Origin: Lepidodermella squamata | Lineage: Eukaryota > Animalia > Gastrotricha | Length of the DNA: 64,000 nucleotides | Reading direction: 5' to 3' | Assembly (NCBI GenBank): GCA_047495785.1 | Contig: JBLDXI010000042.1 | Location: 1,860,001-1,924,000 of the forward strand | Part shown: in pieces, positions 24,060-36,825 of the stretch | How positions within the stretch are numbered: position 1 is the first letter of the stretch | How the letters are laid out: the number at the start of each line of letters is the position of its first letter | The notes under the pieces: generated by a model | What the model was told of the DNA's origin: nothing | The model's input: only the letters and a program-made list of their open reading frames with translations | Database searches by the model: none | Position numbers and translations under genes: made by a program

Positions 24060-26290
24060 TAGTCTTTACTATGTAGTCAGTATTCTGTTTTCGAAAAAAC
24101 AAGTTGTCCAACAAAGCGTTAATGTTTTTTCTTGTTTTTTTGAAAGAAGAATACTGACTAGTATCCTGTTTACAAGATAAGCTCATTTGCATAATTAATG
24201 GTACAAAAACATTTTTGTTTCTTCGGGAAATTTCTACGGGAACTACCAATCCCAGAATCCGCATATAAAAAATGTGTCTATGATGTTTCGTAGCAATATC
24301 TTATCGTTTATTGATCGTTTATTGATTGGATTAGAATTTCGCACACTGTAAGCAAAACGATGACGCCCTTATAGTGTGCGAAATTCTAATCCAATCAATA
24401 AACGATCAATAAACGATAAGATTACGCCATTTACGCCATTTACGCCATTTGTTTCTATTTCCGGCACACTGTTCTGGCGCGGGAGGCGCGATATATAAAA
24501 GAGGGGGAGATCGCACTGCCCCCCCTAACTATAGACCAATCAGTCTTACGTGTATTTTATGCAAAATTCAAGAGAAAATTATTAAAAAATCAATTTTGTT
24601 TTAATCAAAGAGAAACAACTTGATACCTGAGAATTAATACGGTTTTTTACCTAAACGCTCTTGTCAGCTTCAACTTCTAAATACTTGGATTAATGCGGTC
24701 GATTTGGGCAAGAGTGTTGATATTTTGTACCTAGATCTTTCAAAAGCTTTTGATACTGTACCTATTAAACTACTTTTAGATAAACTTGAGGAAATCAATA
24801 TTTGTGGAAAACTATCCTCTTGGCTTCGATCTTATCTCTGTGATCGTTACTTTCGCGTTAGGATTCGCTCAAATTTTTCTACGTGGTGTCCCCTAACATC
24901 TGGTGTCCCACAGGGATCAGTGCTGGGGCCTTTGTTATTTTTAATTTTTCTAATCTTTGTTGATGAGTGCCTTACTGATTCTCTGGCCAAGTACTTCGCC
25001 GACGACACGACATTATTTAAAATTATTGAATCTCAAGATGACTGTGAGAAACTGCAGGAAGATCTAAATAACATTTTTAGGTGGTTTGAACAGCATGGTC
25101 TCTCTATTAACTCGTCAAAGTGTTGCGTTTTACGTTGAAACTGTAAATTCAATTTTAATTATCGTATCGGTTCGCAAGAAATTGACATTGTTGATTTTAC
25201 TCGTGATTTAGGCATTATTGTTGACAAAAAATTAGACTTCAGAGTTCACTGCGATAACCTTAAAACAAAATGTCTTAGACTATGTGGATTGATTTGTAGA
25301 GCCTTTACTAATACTTCCTTCAGACTAGAAGCCTACCGAGTGTATGTCCTTCCTATAATCGATTACTGTTCATCCGTATATTCACCATACTTGCTAACTG
25401 TCATAGAATCACTAGAAAATAGAATCACTGCGCATTAAATGCATTACGCCATTTGTTTCTATTTCCGGCACAGTGTTCTGGCGCGGAAGGAGCGATATAG
25501 GAGTGACATTTGCGCATTTCCAAACAATGGGTAGTTCACCCAATTCGAGGGAATAATTGAAAATTAATGTCAACGGATAGGCCAAAGCAGGAGCTAAATT
25601 TTTTAGTTAAAATTGAGGAAGTAAATCTGTCCCCCCACCAAACTTTGGTTTCAAGGCAGAAAGTAAACTGCAGACTTTTTCTACCGAAAACTCTATGCTC
25701 TGAAGGCAATCATCTACCTGACGATAAACCCGTGAGTACGAGACATTTTGTTCTCTGAAATTAGCCGAGAAAGATGATCTAAAAAGGTCAGCTATGTCAC
25801 GGTCTTCATTTAGTTGTCACTTGCCATCAACCATATATCTAGGCAAGTCATCCTTTTCACGAAGCTTGTTGTTAGCGTATTCAAAAATCATTTTGCTGTC
25901 CCTAGATCTCAATAAATGAGATTCGTAATTTGCCTTTTTAGAGCGGAAACTTTCTCGACAAAGCTGCTCGGCCACACGATATTTCTGTTTGTTATGCTCA
26001 TTTTCGGAAACTTTCCACTCCTTGTAAAACCGATTTTTTCTATTATTTAGATGTCTAATCTCCCTATTAACGTAAGGCATACACTTTTTGCCGACAGACA
26101 TTTCGTTATCCACCTGGCGTAAAGGTGCAAATCTTCTAACATCGTTCAGCATGATGAAGAGAAATCTAGTGTACATCTCATCAACTGAACCCGACATTCC
26201 AAGTAAAAAGTCCCAATTGAATGTTTTCAGATATGCTGTAAATCACTCGAAGTCGCATTTCCGAATATTAAAAACAGAATTGACATGATT
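24060..26290 (-). mobile_element. Decayed CR1/L2-like LINE with its RT core (~24494-25420) inverted onto the + strand
   Basis: Minus: PYVNREIRHLNNRKNRFYKEWK...WKCANVTPI; plus: YKRGDR..NYRPISLT, YLDLSKAFDTV, GVPQGSVLGPLLF, YFADDT; stops and frameshifts. Confidence 0.85.
24298..24422. repeat. Perfect 50-bp inverted repeat (hairpin / mini foldback element)
   Basis: 24298-24347 is the exact reverse complement of 24373-24422. Confidence 0.9.
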
Positions 26291-27770
26291 TGAAGTAATC
26301 GGATCGGTTTGTGAGAGTGATTCTTGACTCTGGCGCAAGTTTCGCACGAGCGAACGAAGGTCCGTACGAAGTCGCGTTGTCGCGGCCACCAGTAATCTCT
26401 TGAGACCAACTAGAGCGTTTTCGCAATTCCAGGGTGCCCGGCGACCTTTTCGTCGTGTCGCGACTTGACGACTTCGAGACGCATGGACGCACGTAAATTT
26501 GATTCTCGTACATCAGGATCCCATTTGATAAGCTCAATCGAGTCACGTCGAGATTGATCGAGGCGCGTTTTCCGGCGAGGAAATTGCGAGCAGCAATGAC
26601 AAACTCATCCTTCTCCTGGGCATTGCGAATGCGGTCATGCCACGGGTTTTCCGAGTAAACAACCAAGCGAAGAGCCATGGATTTTCAAATTTTTTGATTG
26701 TAAAACAATGTTCAGCCGCTGTGAGGCTTCGAGAGTAGAACGCACAAGGATGAAGATGACCATCTGCCGCCACTAGAGAGAGAATGCAACCAACTGCGTA
26801 ATCGGACGCATCGGTTTCGACATTGAATGGCTTCCTTGGATCAGGGTGAATCAATACGGGCGCTTGCGTGAATCGCTTCTTCAATTCCATGAAGGCTTCT
26901 TCAGCTTGACGGCTCCAGACAAAGACCGAGTTTCTGCGCATCAATCGAGTCAGCGGTTTCGCTATCGAGGCAAAATCTCTAATAAATCGACGTCTTCCAT
27001 TCATCGCCTTCGCGGATTCTTAACAGGTTGTAGGCGTTCTTCAAATCTAGTCGAGTGAAAACGCCTTGCCAATGCGATCGAGTAATTGCGGTATCAACGG
27101 CAGCGGATATCGTATTTTCTTACTTACTCGATTTAGACCGCGATAATCAACAACTGGACGTAAACTGCCATCTTTTTTCGTCACATGATTGGGGGTGATG
27201 CTGATGACTTAGACGGGCGGATAAAATCCTTTGCCAAATTTTCTTGTGGATAGTTTCGAAGCACTTGCAGATCGGTTTCGGAGAGGCAGTAGATAGGGCC
27301 GAACGGAGGAGTTTTAACGGGTTCAATGTCGATACAGAAATCGTAAGAATGACGGGGCGGAAGCTTGTCGGCTTCTTTTTCATCGAAAACGTCGCTGAAT
27401 TCGTGGTATTTCTCGGGCAAATGCTGGGCAGTGGGAGCATTTCCAGTGTTTTTCGGAAGGTCTTCGTGAATGCTGCCCAAGAGTAACCGACCAGCAGTCG
27501 TATTTTCTTGACCATCACATTGGCAGTGTTGTTTGCATAATTCGACGTGTAATGAATAGTGTTCTTGTCCCAGTTGATGTACGGAAAAGTTTCAGCCAAG
27601 GCATGCCGAGAATCACGTTGTAATGCGGGCTCTCGATAACATCAAATTTGACCAGCTCTTTGTGGCCGGCAACTTCGAATAGCAGCGAAACAGTTTCCAG
27701 TTCAGCGATGTCAGTGCCAAGCGGCCGACCGTCAATGCGTTCGACGACGCTTTCGGGAAAATTTAATAAT
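26290..27770 (-). mobile_element. Internally deleted Ty3/Gypsy (Tf2/chromovirus-like) pol relic
   Basis: VILGMPWL (protease), YHEFSDVF..LPPRHSYD..PFGPIY (RT start), VETDASDYAVGCILS..CAFYSR (RNase H), GHPG..YWWP..CETC (integrase zinc finger). Confidence 0.9.
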
Positions 27771-27815
27771 ACAAACTGGATCAATACAGAAACAAAGATC
27801 TTTATATATGTCCAT

Positions 27816-27914
27816 GGAATAATCTGGAACATAGAAGGTTCCAGAACAGGAAGGTTCCAGAGCATGGAAGGTTCCAGAACTTGGAAGGTTTCAGAACAAA
27901 GAATGTTCTAGATC
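27816..27914. repeat. 16-17 bp minisatellite of heat-shock-element-like units (nGAAnnTTCnnGAAn)
   Basis: AGAAGGTTCCAGAAC, GGAAGGTTCCAGAGC, GGAAGGTTCCAGAAC, GGAAGGTTTCAGAAC, AGAATGTTCTAGATC. Confidence 0.75.
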
Positions 27915-28645
27915 CTGACAAGATCAATCCTATAATGAATAATATGTATGAGCCAGCGTTGAGGTGATCGAAATCGGCGTGAAATATCCAACCTTAGCCT
28001 TATATCCGGACTAAAAGCTTGGCGGAATGGCGGGGCAATAGCCGTTTTCCAACCATTGATGAAGATGCCATCTAATAGCAAAGTTGAAAAGCACCTTGAG
28101 ATGCTGAGTGGTAAGAAATCGAGGGCTTCGTCATTTTGACGATGCAGTCGAGTATTCTAATACTCAGACTCATGCTTTTTATTCATGTAAGCTGCATTTC
28201 GACAACTTGCATTTCGAAGCATTTGGCATTAGCATTAGACATCACCACGAGTTTGGCTTCCTTTGTTGATTAACGCAGTGTGCGATTATCAGAGGGATAT
28301 TGTGGGAACATTCCCTTGGAGTATGTTTTAGTGTAAAATCTTCAAAATTTCCGGAAAATCCATGAGATCGCACCAACGGGGCAACTTCGCCCATCACCAG
28401 TCACCAGTAAAAAACAAATCAGGCGGTTGCTAACCTCAAATTTATTATTGCTAACCCTAAAAATATGTTCCGCATTAACTTAGTGTAAGTTGTCGATAAA
28501 TAAATCACATTTCTCGATAAGCGGGAAATCGATCCGAGTGCATTCGTAACTACGACACAGAGCTATGAGCAGCAATGATATTGAAGTTACGGATGGATGA
28601 AAAATGTTCAATATCGAAAACAGGTTGACCTCTCGATATTGCAAT

Positions 28646-29400
28646 CTAAGCTTTAAAGCATTTGTCAACCGTGAAACCTGCAATTGTTGCGGAAGACAAT
28701 GATTGGCCATAGGTTATTGCGGTGGCTCTGCTTAAGCGTCCACAGCACGTAGCGAAAGAATCATACTGGGTACCGCCAGTCGGTAGTGTGTCACCCTGTC
28801 GTGATAAAAGAGAGTAAGAAACCTTAAGAGGAATACCAAAAAAATCTAACCGATACTGCTGTGAGTACGGCTGAATTAGTTTCACAAGACGAAGGGAAGC
28901 GCAAGCAGTAAGGGTTGGAGCCACTACCGCAGACTTTGTAAGGGGCTGTATCTGCTGTTGTGGGACTGAGGCAGGCCTGAACTTGCGCGGAATTGACAGC
29001 GAAAACGTCCCAGATCTGAGCACCTATCCCCGTACAGCAGGAATCGAAGCTGCTGTAGGTCTGCGCAAGGGTGCTGCCACCCAAAGCGCACGTTTTACTG
29101 TACGTACAATACCTGATGCCGTTAGCTTCTGTCAAAGCAACGCCAGTTCCGCCAACAGTAGCCACGCGGCAAGACATGAAACTCTGTCGTAATGAGAAGG
29201 TCTTTATAAATAGGAAATATTAAAAGATAGCTCACATCCGTGCAGGTCTGGCCACTCGTATCGCATTGGTTGATGGTTCGGCACGATTGGCCCGATTGGC
29301 AAACACCAGTCGCACAGTTTGTCGAAGCAGTCGTAGAGGCGGGGCAGGCGAACGACGCGTCAACGAGGAAAGACGCAATCAAAATAGCGTAATAGCGCAT
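28646..29400 (-). CDS. Secreted cysteine-rich protein, paralog A (3 exons)
   Basis: MRYYAILIASFLVDASFACPASTTASTNCATGVC...PYKVC...YCLRFPSSCETNS|..TLPTGGT..CC..FTVDKCFKA. Confidence 0.85.
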
Positions 29401-29660
29401 ACTGTATTGCTGATAAGGCTGAAAATGGTAAAAGGTTAGTTGTTGACTCGTCCTCCAATTGTTTACCAGTTTTATAACCTCGAGCCGTCTTGTCTGTTAC
29501 ATGAAAAAAGCGATAAATGGGTCTTCCGTGACTGCGCATGGACGTCCGCAAGTATTTTGTGAAGTGACAGTCCACTGAAGCGGTATAAATAGAACCCAAG
29601 TTTATCTCGAAATGTTCACTTTTCACTTCAATTTGAATCCTGTTAAGCTTTCAATAAAAA
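29401..29660. promoter_or_regulatory. Putative bidirectional promoter between the head-to-head paralogs
   Basis: 260-bp gap with TATAAAA on the minus strand (~29470-29476) and TATAAATA on the plus strand (~29584). Confidence 0.5.
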
Positions 29661-30419
29661 ATGATCGCCACCATTTTTGCAGTTTTAGCGTGCATCGCTA
29701 GCTCTGTCATCGCCTGCCCAGCGTCATCGACTGTCGCTGGAACAAATTGTGCAACGGGTGTTTGTCCTGCAAACACAGCATGCTATGCGGCCAACACTTG
29801 TGCCCTGGGGACACAGTCTTGTCAGACACCGACCGTAAGTAATACATGTAATATATGTAAAATCCGTTCAAGGCTACTTCTACTAGACATCATATGTCGC
29901 CTGCAGTGTTCTCACGATAGGAGCTTCTCCTGTCGCACAAACCCTCAAGTACTGCACTAGAACAGGAGCCTGTGCCTTTGGCGGTGTTGCGGCCACCCCG
30001 GCAGTTTCGACAACTACGTTCGACCTTTGTTGCTCAGGCATCAGCGCCGGAATAAACGATGCCATATCGGTCAACTCAACTCGTGTTTCGTATTGTGGCA
30101 TCATCAGTTCCATTTCCGATTCGAATCCTTACAAAGTCTGCGCCGGTGGGTATTGTTTGCGATTCCCATCCAGCTGCGAGACGAACAGCGTTGCGTTGTC
30201 AGGCACACCCGTACGTTTTCAACAGCTATCAGGTCACTCTCAATATCATTAGTATTTCTTTCACAGGCAGAAACACTTCCTAATGGAGGAACTGTATTCA
30301 GTACCTATGCTAAGTGCTGCGCCAACCTTGCCCAAGGATCTGCAGGTGTCACGTATGGCAATTCGCCTGCTGGGGCAACAACAGGAGCATTCACGGTCGA
30401 GAAATGCACGAAAGGATAA
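29661..30419 (+). CDS. Secreted cysteine-rich protein, paralog B (3 exons)
   Basis: MIATIFAVLACIASSVIACPASSTVAGTNCATGVC...PYKVC..YCLRFPSSCETNS|..TLPNGGT..CC..FTVEKCTKG. Confidence 0.85.
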
Positions 30420-31382
30420 AGAGGACACATCGTGGCATCGTTGCGTAATGCCAATATTTAATTAATATGAGGATATTGGCATTACTATTGTTAATCCATC
30501 TCTTTAAGACAAACTTGTATCATTTTTAGGAATGGCTTTACGGGAAATAATAAATAAGGGCTAGTTACGATCAGTTTCTTCATCCAAAATATTTACTATG
30601 TTGACGAAGTTACAGATCTTGGCATAGTCATCAAAGAACTCACACAAAAGAATCGATGAACTTCTTTTTCTTCACACGAGTCAGATGCATTAAACTGCGC
30701 GGCTTGTACATGTCGACCAGCAGGTCGATTTGCATCTGAATCTTTACATCCTCATCCTACCGCAGTCGCTTCATGAGCACACTAAATCCAGTTTTGGCAG
30801 CTTTGCGCTGAGCATGACAAGTTTAGGCGGGTTACGTCACTACCCCTTGAATTCCCCTGCTAGCCATCTTGGAGGGGAACGTGCTTCGCCCGTCCCCGAT
30901 TTTAACTATTCTCTCGAGAATAGCCCCAAGCTATTGAATGATATACGATACATATTTGAAACTTGTTTACATGTCGAGACGGCTGCGCTCAAAATTTGAC
31001 CCTGGCAAAGGGTGTGCTTCCAAATAAGTGCGACCTACGAACATGGGACATTCGCCGTTTGATAGAGCGCCTCGAGTTACCCATTATCCATGAAAATTCG
31101 CCACTGAACATGCTGCTAAATAAGACCCAGAAACGGGAAAGCGAAATTTCGAAATATAGATCGTTTGCTTTTAATCTCAGATTATACCGCGCGGTTTACT
31201 AGCAAAAAACGGTAGCTGATATCGACTAGCGGTTTTCACCCATCCCGGAGTCGAAAATTCATCGCTGTAAATCGCTGTAAATTTCTGCCAATGTATTTTG
31301 CTGTATTTCACTGGAAATGTTATGTTGAGTTACACCCGTTTACAAACGCAATTTTATTGATGCCTTCCACTCATTTACATCG

Positions 31383-32242
31383 GATATTCATACTCGACCT
31401 TTACAATGGTTTACAGCAGTGGTTCTCAAACTATTTTCGCTCCCGGTCAAAAATGGCGGCCGGCTGGCGACCTTTCAGGCCGCATTGCCTCTTGAACCCT
31501 CAACCGGCCGCTTGTTATGGTAAAATAGGACCTTCCCGGCCGCATGCCTCTATAATCGAGAATTGAAGTTTTCGAGTGCGCTTTTAAGCGGATTGTTTAT
31601 TAAATTAGGGTTTAAGCAGTGGTTCTTCACTGAATGTTTAAGCGACCCCTGATTGGTCATTCAAATGAAGTCGCTACCCATCACTCTCAAATGCTGACCC
31701 ATCACTCTCAAAAATTCGAAAAGTGAAAGATATTTTATGCAACATTTTGGCCTCCAAACTCTTAACCCGTGAATTATTTAACCTTTGCGAGCAAAGCGAG
31801 CTTTAGCTGACGATATTTTTCCAGAATTCCTTCTGAAAATTGGCTAAAAAGGCGTTAAAAGGGGATTTGAGTGTATCTCGCCGAGAGCCGCGAGCTGGGC
31901 TAGGCCGTAAGCGATTCGTGCAGTAGACACTTCGAAGGGGAATCTAGAGCTGCGTAATTGCCTTGCAGGCTGTTCGTGAACAAGTTGGTAATTGCGACCG
32001 GCGTCTGTAAACTTTACAGACGCCGGTCGATGCGCTGTAATTCGCTGTAAAAGCCTTGAAAGGTGGAAAAATTGAAATATTTGACAACTTGCACTTTATA
32101 GCAGTTTACAGAACCTTGAGGGCACTGTAAACCACTTAGAAGCGACGAATTGCAAAAACCTTTCCACCTCTCACGGCTTACAGCGAATTACAGCGCATCG
32201 ACCGGCGTCTTTAAACCATTGTAAAGGTCGAGTATGAATATC
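31383..32242. mobile_element. Non-autonomous TIR element with 31-bp perfect inverted ends and internal palindromes
   Basis: GATATTCATACTCGACCTTTACAATGGTTTA at 31383-31413 and its reverse complement at 32212-32242; many GCTGTAA/TTACAGC motifs. Confidence 0.7.
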
Positions 32243-33386
32243 AAAAAAATTTTGCATTAAATCACAATATATCACGATAAAGCAACACAATAAAGCAGCT
32301 CACATATGCAATTATCGTAAAAATTACGAAAAAAAGTATGCTCAAGAAATAATCACTTCAACTTCATAACAAGTTCAGTTATTTCCGACATCTCATTCAA
32401 CGACTTCTTCGGCGGCTTCTCCTTCGGCGGCTTCTTGGGCCTGCTTTTTCGGCAGTTTTTTGTGCAGAGGTTTGACCCACTGCGTGAGCGCCTTACTCAA
32501 TTTGTTCGGGGTCTCAAAGTCACTGCTGCAGTCGGCCTCATTTGGCATGGCGCCAAACAGGCCAAACACAAATTTCATGATTTCTAGCTGCGGTCCCGGT
32601 GGTAGGATCGATTGCCATGCGGCGTCCTCGCTCGGCACGAGCAGATGGTCGGCCAGTGTTCCGAGACCGGGGGCTAAGGGGGAAGAATGATCCCCCAGAG
32701 AGCTGCGACGAAACTCTGAAGGGGATAAGCTTACCCCCTTGGAGCTGAAAATTTTGGAATAATTGGCCCATTTTCAAGCCAGCAGAATCATAGTTTTCTA
32801 GTGGAATAGACGTCGAAAACTCAGCCTAGTTAAAGGTAAATCGGTAGGGGTAATCTTTTTCCACGAAGTAGCAAGCGACGATCACTTTGATCGCTTGAAA
32901 AATCAAGAAATCACTTTAAAATCGATAATCGATATTCGACAATCGATTAAGAGTTGCCAATATTAAGAAATAGACATCACCACTGGATTCCCCGCGAAAA
33001 GTTACCCTAGAAGACAAGGTTTCGCCGAGATTCCTTATTGTTATGATAATTTATAATGAAACAAAATTGTTCGTTTGTCTGCGTTCATGGCCCCATTAAA
33101 AATTGAAAAAAATAATATTTCATAAAAAACCTCTTTAAGCTGCTTTTTTCGATACATAATCCCCCTTAACAACCCGAAGAGTTAATTTCTGTATGCTGAT
33201 TCCGTTCGCTTTTTCAGAATTTTCATAAAGATCACCAATCTCGAGATGATTAAGGGGTGCAATAAATTTATTACTTTATTGCCGATCGCCCAATTTTTCT
33301 TCAAATCCCAGTGTGTAACATATATAATTATGCAGAATTTCGCGCTGAATCCAACGGTGATGTCAGTTGTAAGATCAGACGCATGG

Positions 33387-34808
33387 TTATCGAAAAAAGC
33401 TACCTTGTTTTAAGCGATTTTTACTATTATTTTTCGTTTTAACTTTACTACGGTTAAAGTTGGAGAAATTTAATTTTAAAATATTTTCCCATTTTGCCGC
33501 AAGATTGAATTGATTCACAAAAATACGACTCACCTCATATTGCCGAATCGACTTCGCATCGATGACTGGGGACAGAACCAGATGAACCATAAAGATCAGC
33601 GTCATCAGCGAAACGTGGTGGATGTCGTTTCTTGGCACGATGCCATCAAGAATCAAGGGGAGATAGAGCATGAGGACCAAGTGCTCCATTCCTTTTCCAA
33701 TCGGGGCGTAGTCGGTGCGTTTCACCGATGGCATGCGATGTTTCTTCAAGAACGGCTTGAAAGTTGAGATTTTAGTCATCAACGCTTTGTAAGACAATAA
33801 TTTCGCCTCGGTAATGAGCCATTTGAAGAGCAGTCGCAGTTCCTTGATGCAAATGCCCTGATTAAAATAAAATAAAATACTTATTAAATTTTTTAATTTG
33901 GAAGTAATAAAGATTAATTTTGAAACTAGCATCAAGCATTAAAATTAATTTTTTTATAACTTCTTACCTGAAGGAAAATGTGAAACGCATCGAAAAGGTG
34001 CTGCAGGAAACTGAATTTGCGAACGTTGAAGAGAGCACTGCGAAAATGAAGACAGAACAGGCTTCTCAATTTTTCGCGCTGAACCAAATTTTTAGTCCGC
34101 TCAATTTTTTGCAGTTGGGCCAAAACAATTCCACGCGTGCGGACGAATTTGTCGGCCTTTGAGACACCCTCTAAAATTTAATTAGTCACCAATCAAATTA
34201 ATTCTAATTATCTAAGACAGTACTTAATTATTTGCTTCCCGCTGATCATGCATTGGCTGCATAAAGATTTGATATGAACGGAGAAAGATCCATACAAGCC
34301 CAGAATTTCGTTACAGGCTTTCCCATCGCCGAGAACACCGAGAAATCGAACGCCCACTCGGACTTTGCAGCGTACCGAAGAGCGAGCAGCGGTTTTAGGC
34401 TGTTGACGTTCATTCTTCGAGTAAACTGCGGAGCAGGCCACCCCACCCCGTAAACCCCTCCCGGCGGGAGTGGTTTTCCAACCCCCTCCATCTCATGCGG
34501 TACCAAACTCTCAGCCAAACCATCCTCGACTACCAAAACTCAGGCTGTAAAACCTAGTTCTGCAGGCGGCTGCTTTATTATTGTTGAATTTTATTATGGG
34601 ACGCAATTTTGTGGCGCCATGCCAATGACTCAATTCTTCTGACTGTTTCGAAGCAAGGCGACCAATCACTCCGATCTGTCCGATCCATGAGCAACGCATA
34701 TTTGAAAATAAGAATGTTGATTTTACTCAGCATAGCATCAACGCGCACAGCAGCTGTTCGTCGGTCAAGACAGAGGAATGGTAGGGTAGCGAATCGCATT
34801 GAGATCAT
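33387..34808 (-). pseudogene. Decayed CMC-like (EnSpm/Mirage-type) transposase fragments
   Basis: LGDGKACNEILGLYGSFS..LCSQC and GICIKELRLLF...YLPLILDGIVP..D.H...LVLSPVI resemble the GD-x-N..SFS..CxxC and LPL..VP blocks of animal CMC transposases; fragmented. Confidence 0.55.
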
Positions 34809-34841
34809 GCTGACTTATCCAATCTATGGCGAAGAAAAATA

Positions 34842-36825
34842 CCGTATTTCTCGAAAATATACGACACACCTGTATATATCCCCGCTCCCTAATACAACCC
34901 GACGAAAAAATCGTTTGTTCATATTTAACCCAGGCCTCGAAATTGTACCACAGCTATTTTAATTTGGGCGAAGCATGCGTTGGAACAAAAGAAAAGCCTT
35001 ATTAATGACGCATTATCGTAATCAGTGATTAGCTATCGCGTAAGCAGCTTCGCAACGTCTGATCTTGGCACCATTCATAAGCCAGCAGAAAATGCCCATT
35101 CAGCATTCACTAGCTGAGACACAGAGTTTTATTTTAACATTTTCATATCCTTCTTAATCGTTTTAACCTTCTGGAATCGATGATGGCTGGCTCTCCTGAT
35201 CGTCTTCAAGATTCCGTCCAGGTGTCCGAAGAAGACAAGCGAAAGCGGCACCGCAAGTATTCCCTCGCATACAAAATTCGCGTGGCTGATCATGCAAAAG
35301 CAATCTCAGCAAACGATGCCTCGAGAGTCTTCAAGGTCGATCGTCGATGCGTCAAGGAATGGCTACAGCATCACCAACAGCTGCTGATTCTACAGTTCGC
35401 TGGCATGGAAAAGCGTCATCGTCTCCTTGGCGCCGGTCGACCGCTGGCCTACCCTAACCTCGATCAGGTTATGGAAGAATGGATAACCGAGCAACGCCTC
35501 GCCCGCCGTCCCGTCTCAAGGCGCAGCATTTTGCTGAAAGCAAAACAGCTCGATCCATCATTCAAAGGCAGCAACGGATGGCTCGATCGTTTCCTCAAAC
35601 GGTACGATTTCTGTTTAAGAAGGCGAACTACTCAATGCCAGAAAGTCCCGGAATCGTACATCGATAAGCTGGTCAAGTTTGTTCTCTACATTCGGCAAAT
35701 CCGAATCAACCATCGTTACTTGCCGCAAAACATCGTGGCAGCAGACGAAACAGCTGTATGGATGGACTGGCCATCTGGTACTACGATCGAGCGAACTGGT
35801 AGCAAGGAGGTCTCTGTGATCACTACTGGGCACGACAAGTCACGCATTACGGTAATGCTCACTGCTCGTTCTGACGGCACAAAGCTGAAACCGTTTGTTC
35901 TTCTTAACCGGAAGCGACCGGTAAAAGAGCTGGAACGTTTCAATTCAAAGATGGTCATCGCTTGCAAGGGTAAGTTCTGGAGATCAATGAAAATTTTAAT
36001 CTTTTGAATTTCATCAGGGACTGTTTGGATGAATGACAGCCTCACTGGTCTCTACTTGGACAAAGTGGTCGGGCGAGATGTCTTCGGAAATCGGCGTCTC
36101 ATGGTTTGGGATTCGTTCAGAAGTCACATCAGCGAGGCTACCAAGAAGAAGTGCGCTGGCATGAAGCTCGACCTCGCCATCGTTCCAGGCGGCTGTACGA
36201 AATTTGTCCAACCAGCTGACCTCTGCTGGAACCAGCCTTTCAAAGCTCACATGCGACAACTCTACACGGACTGGCTTTCAAGTCCAGCTGCACAGGACGT
36301 GACCAAAGGCGGCAACCCGAAAGCGCCTCCTCTCCCGCTCATCTGCGAGTGGATTCTGGCTTCTTGGGATGCTCTGCCCACCAGTCTTGTCCGTCGGTCG
36401 TTTTACTTCTGCGGAATCGCCAACGCACTCGATGGTTCCGAGGATGATCAGATCTCGTGCTTCAAGGATGGAAAGCCGTGCGCTGCTGGCCGAGAGCTAC
36501 TGGCTTCGAAGATGGCATCAAACGACACGTTCGATCAAGTCATCAGCCTGGATGATTTCAACGATGACGAAAGTGAACCTGACTTTTTTTTTATTGATAA
36601 TTGATTTTGTTGGTTGATCAAAAAATTGTTAACTTTTTCACTTTTTCACTGAATCGACAAATAAAACAATCTAAAAACGTCGTCTTAATACGAATTGCTC
36701 GCGGCTTTTTGTGATGATTCGCAATTAAACAGCACACCCGTATATATCCCCACTCCCTAATACAACCCGAATCAAAAATCATTTGTTCATAAATATAGCC
36801 CGCGGTAAATTTTCGAGAAATACGG
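34842..36825 (+). mobile_element. pogo-superfamily DNA transposon (DD35D, Passer-type), full length
   Basis: TIR CCGTATTTCTCGAAAAT at both ends, TA target duplication (34840-41, 36826-27), transposase inside. Confidence 0.95.
35180..36604 (+). CDS. pogo transposase (Brinker-like HTH, CENP-B HTH, DDE_1), 2 exons
   Basis: FKGSNGWLDRFLKR; ADET, VWDSFRSH, QPAD with 35 residues between D2 and D3; 48-nt intron 35970-36017 joins the ORFs in frame. Confidence 0.93.

Noticed and set aside
24440-25498. Direct repeats as LTRs or a long TSD around the RT
   Set aside because: RT is non-LTR type and the repeats are explained as TIRs reoriented by inversion
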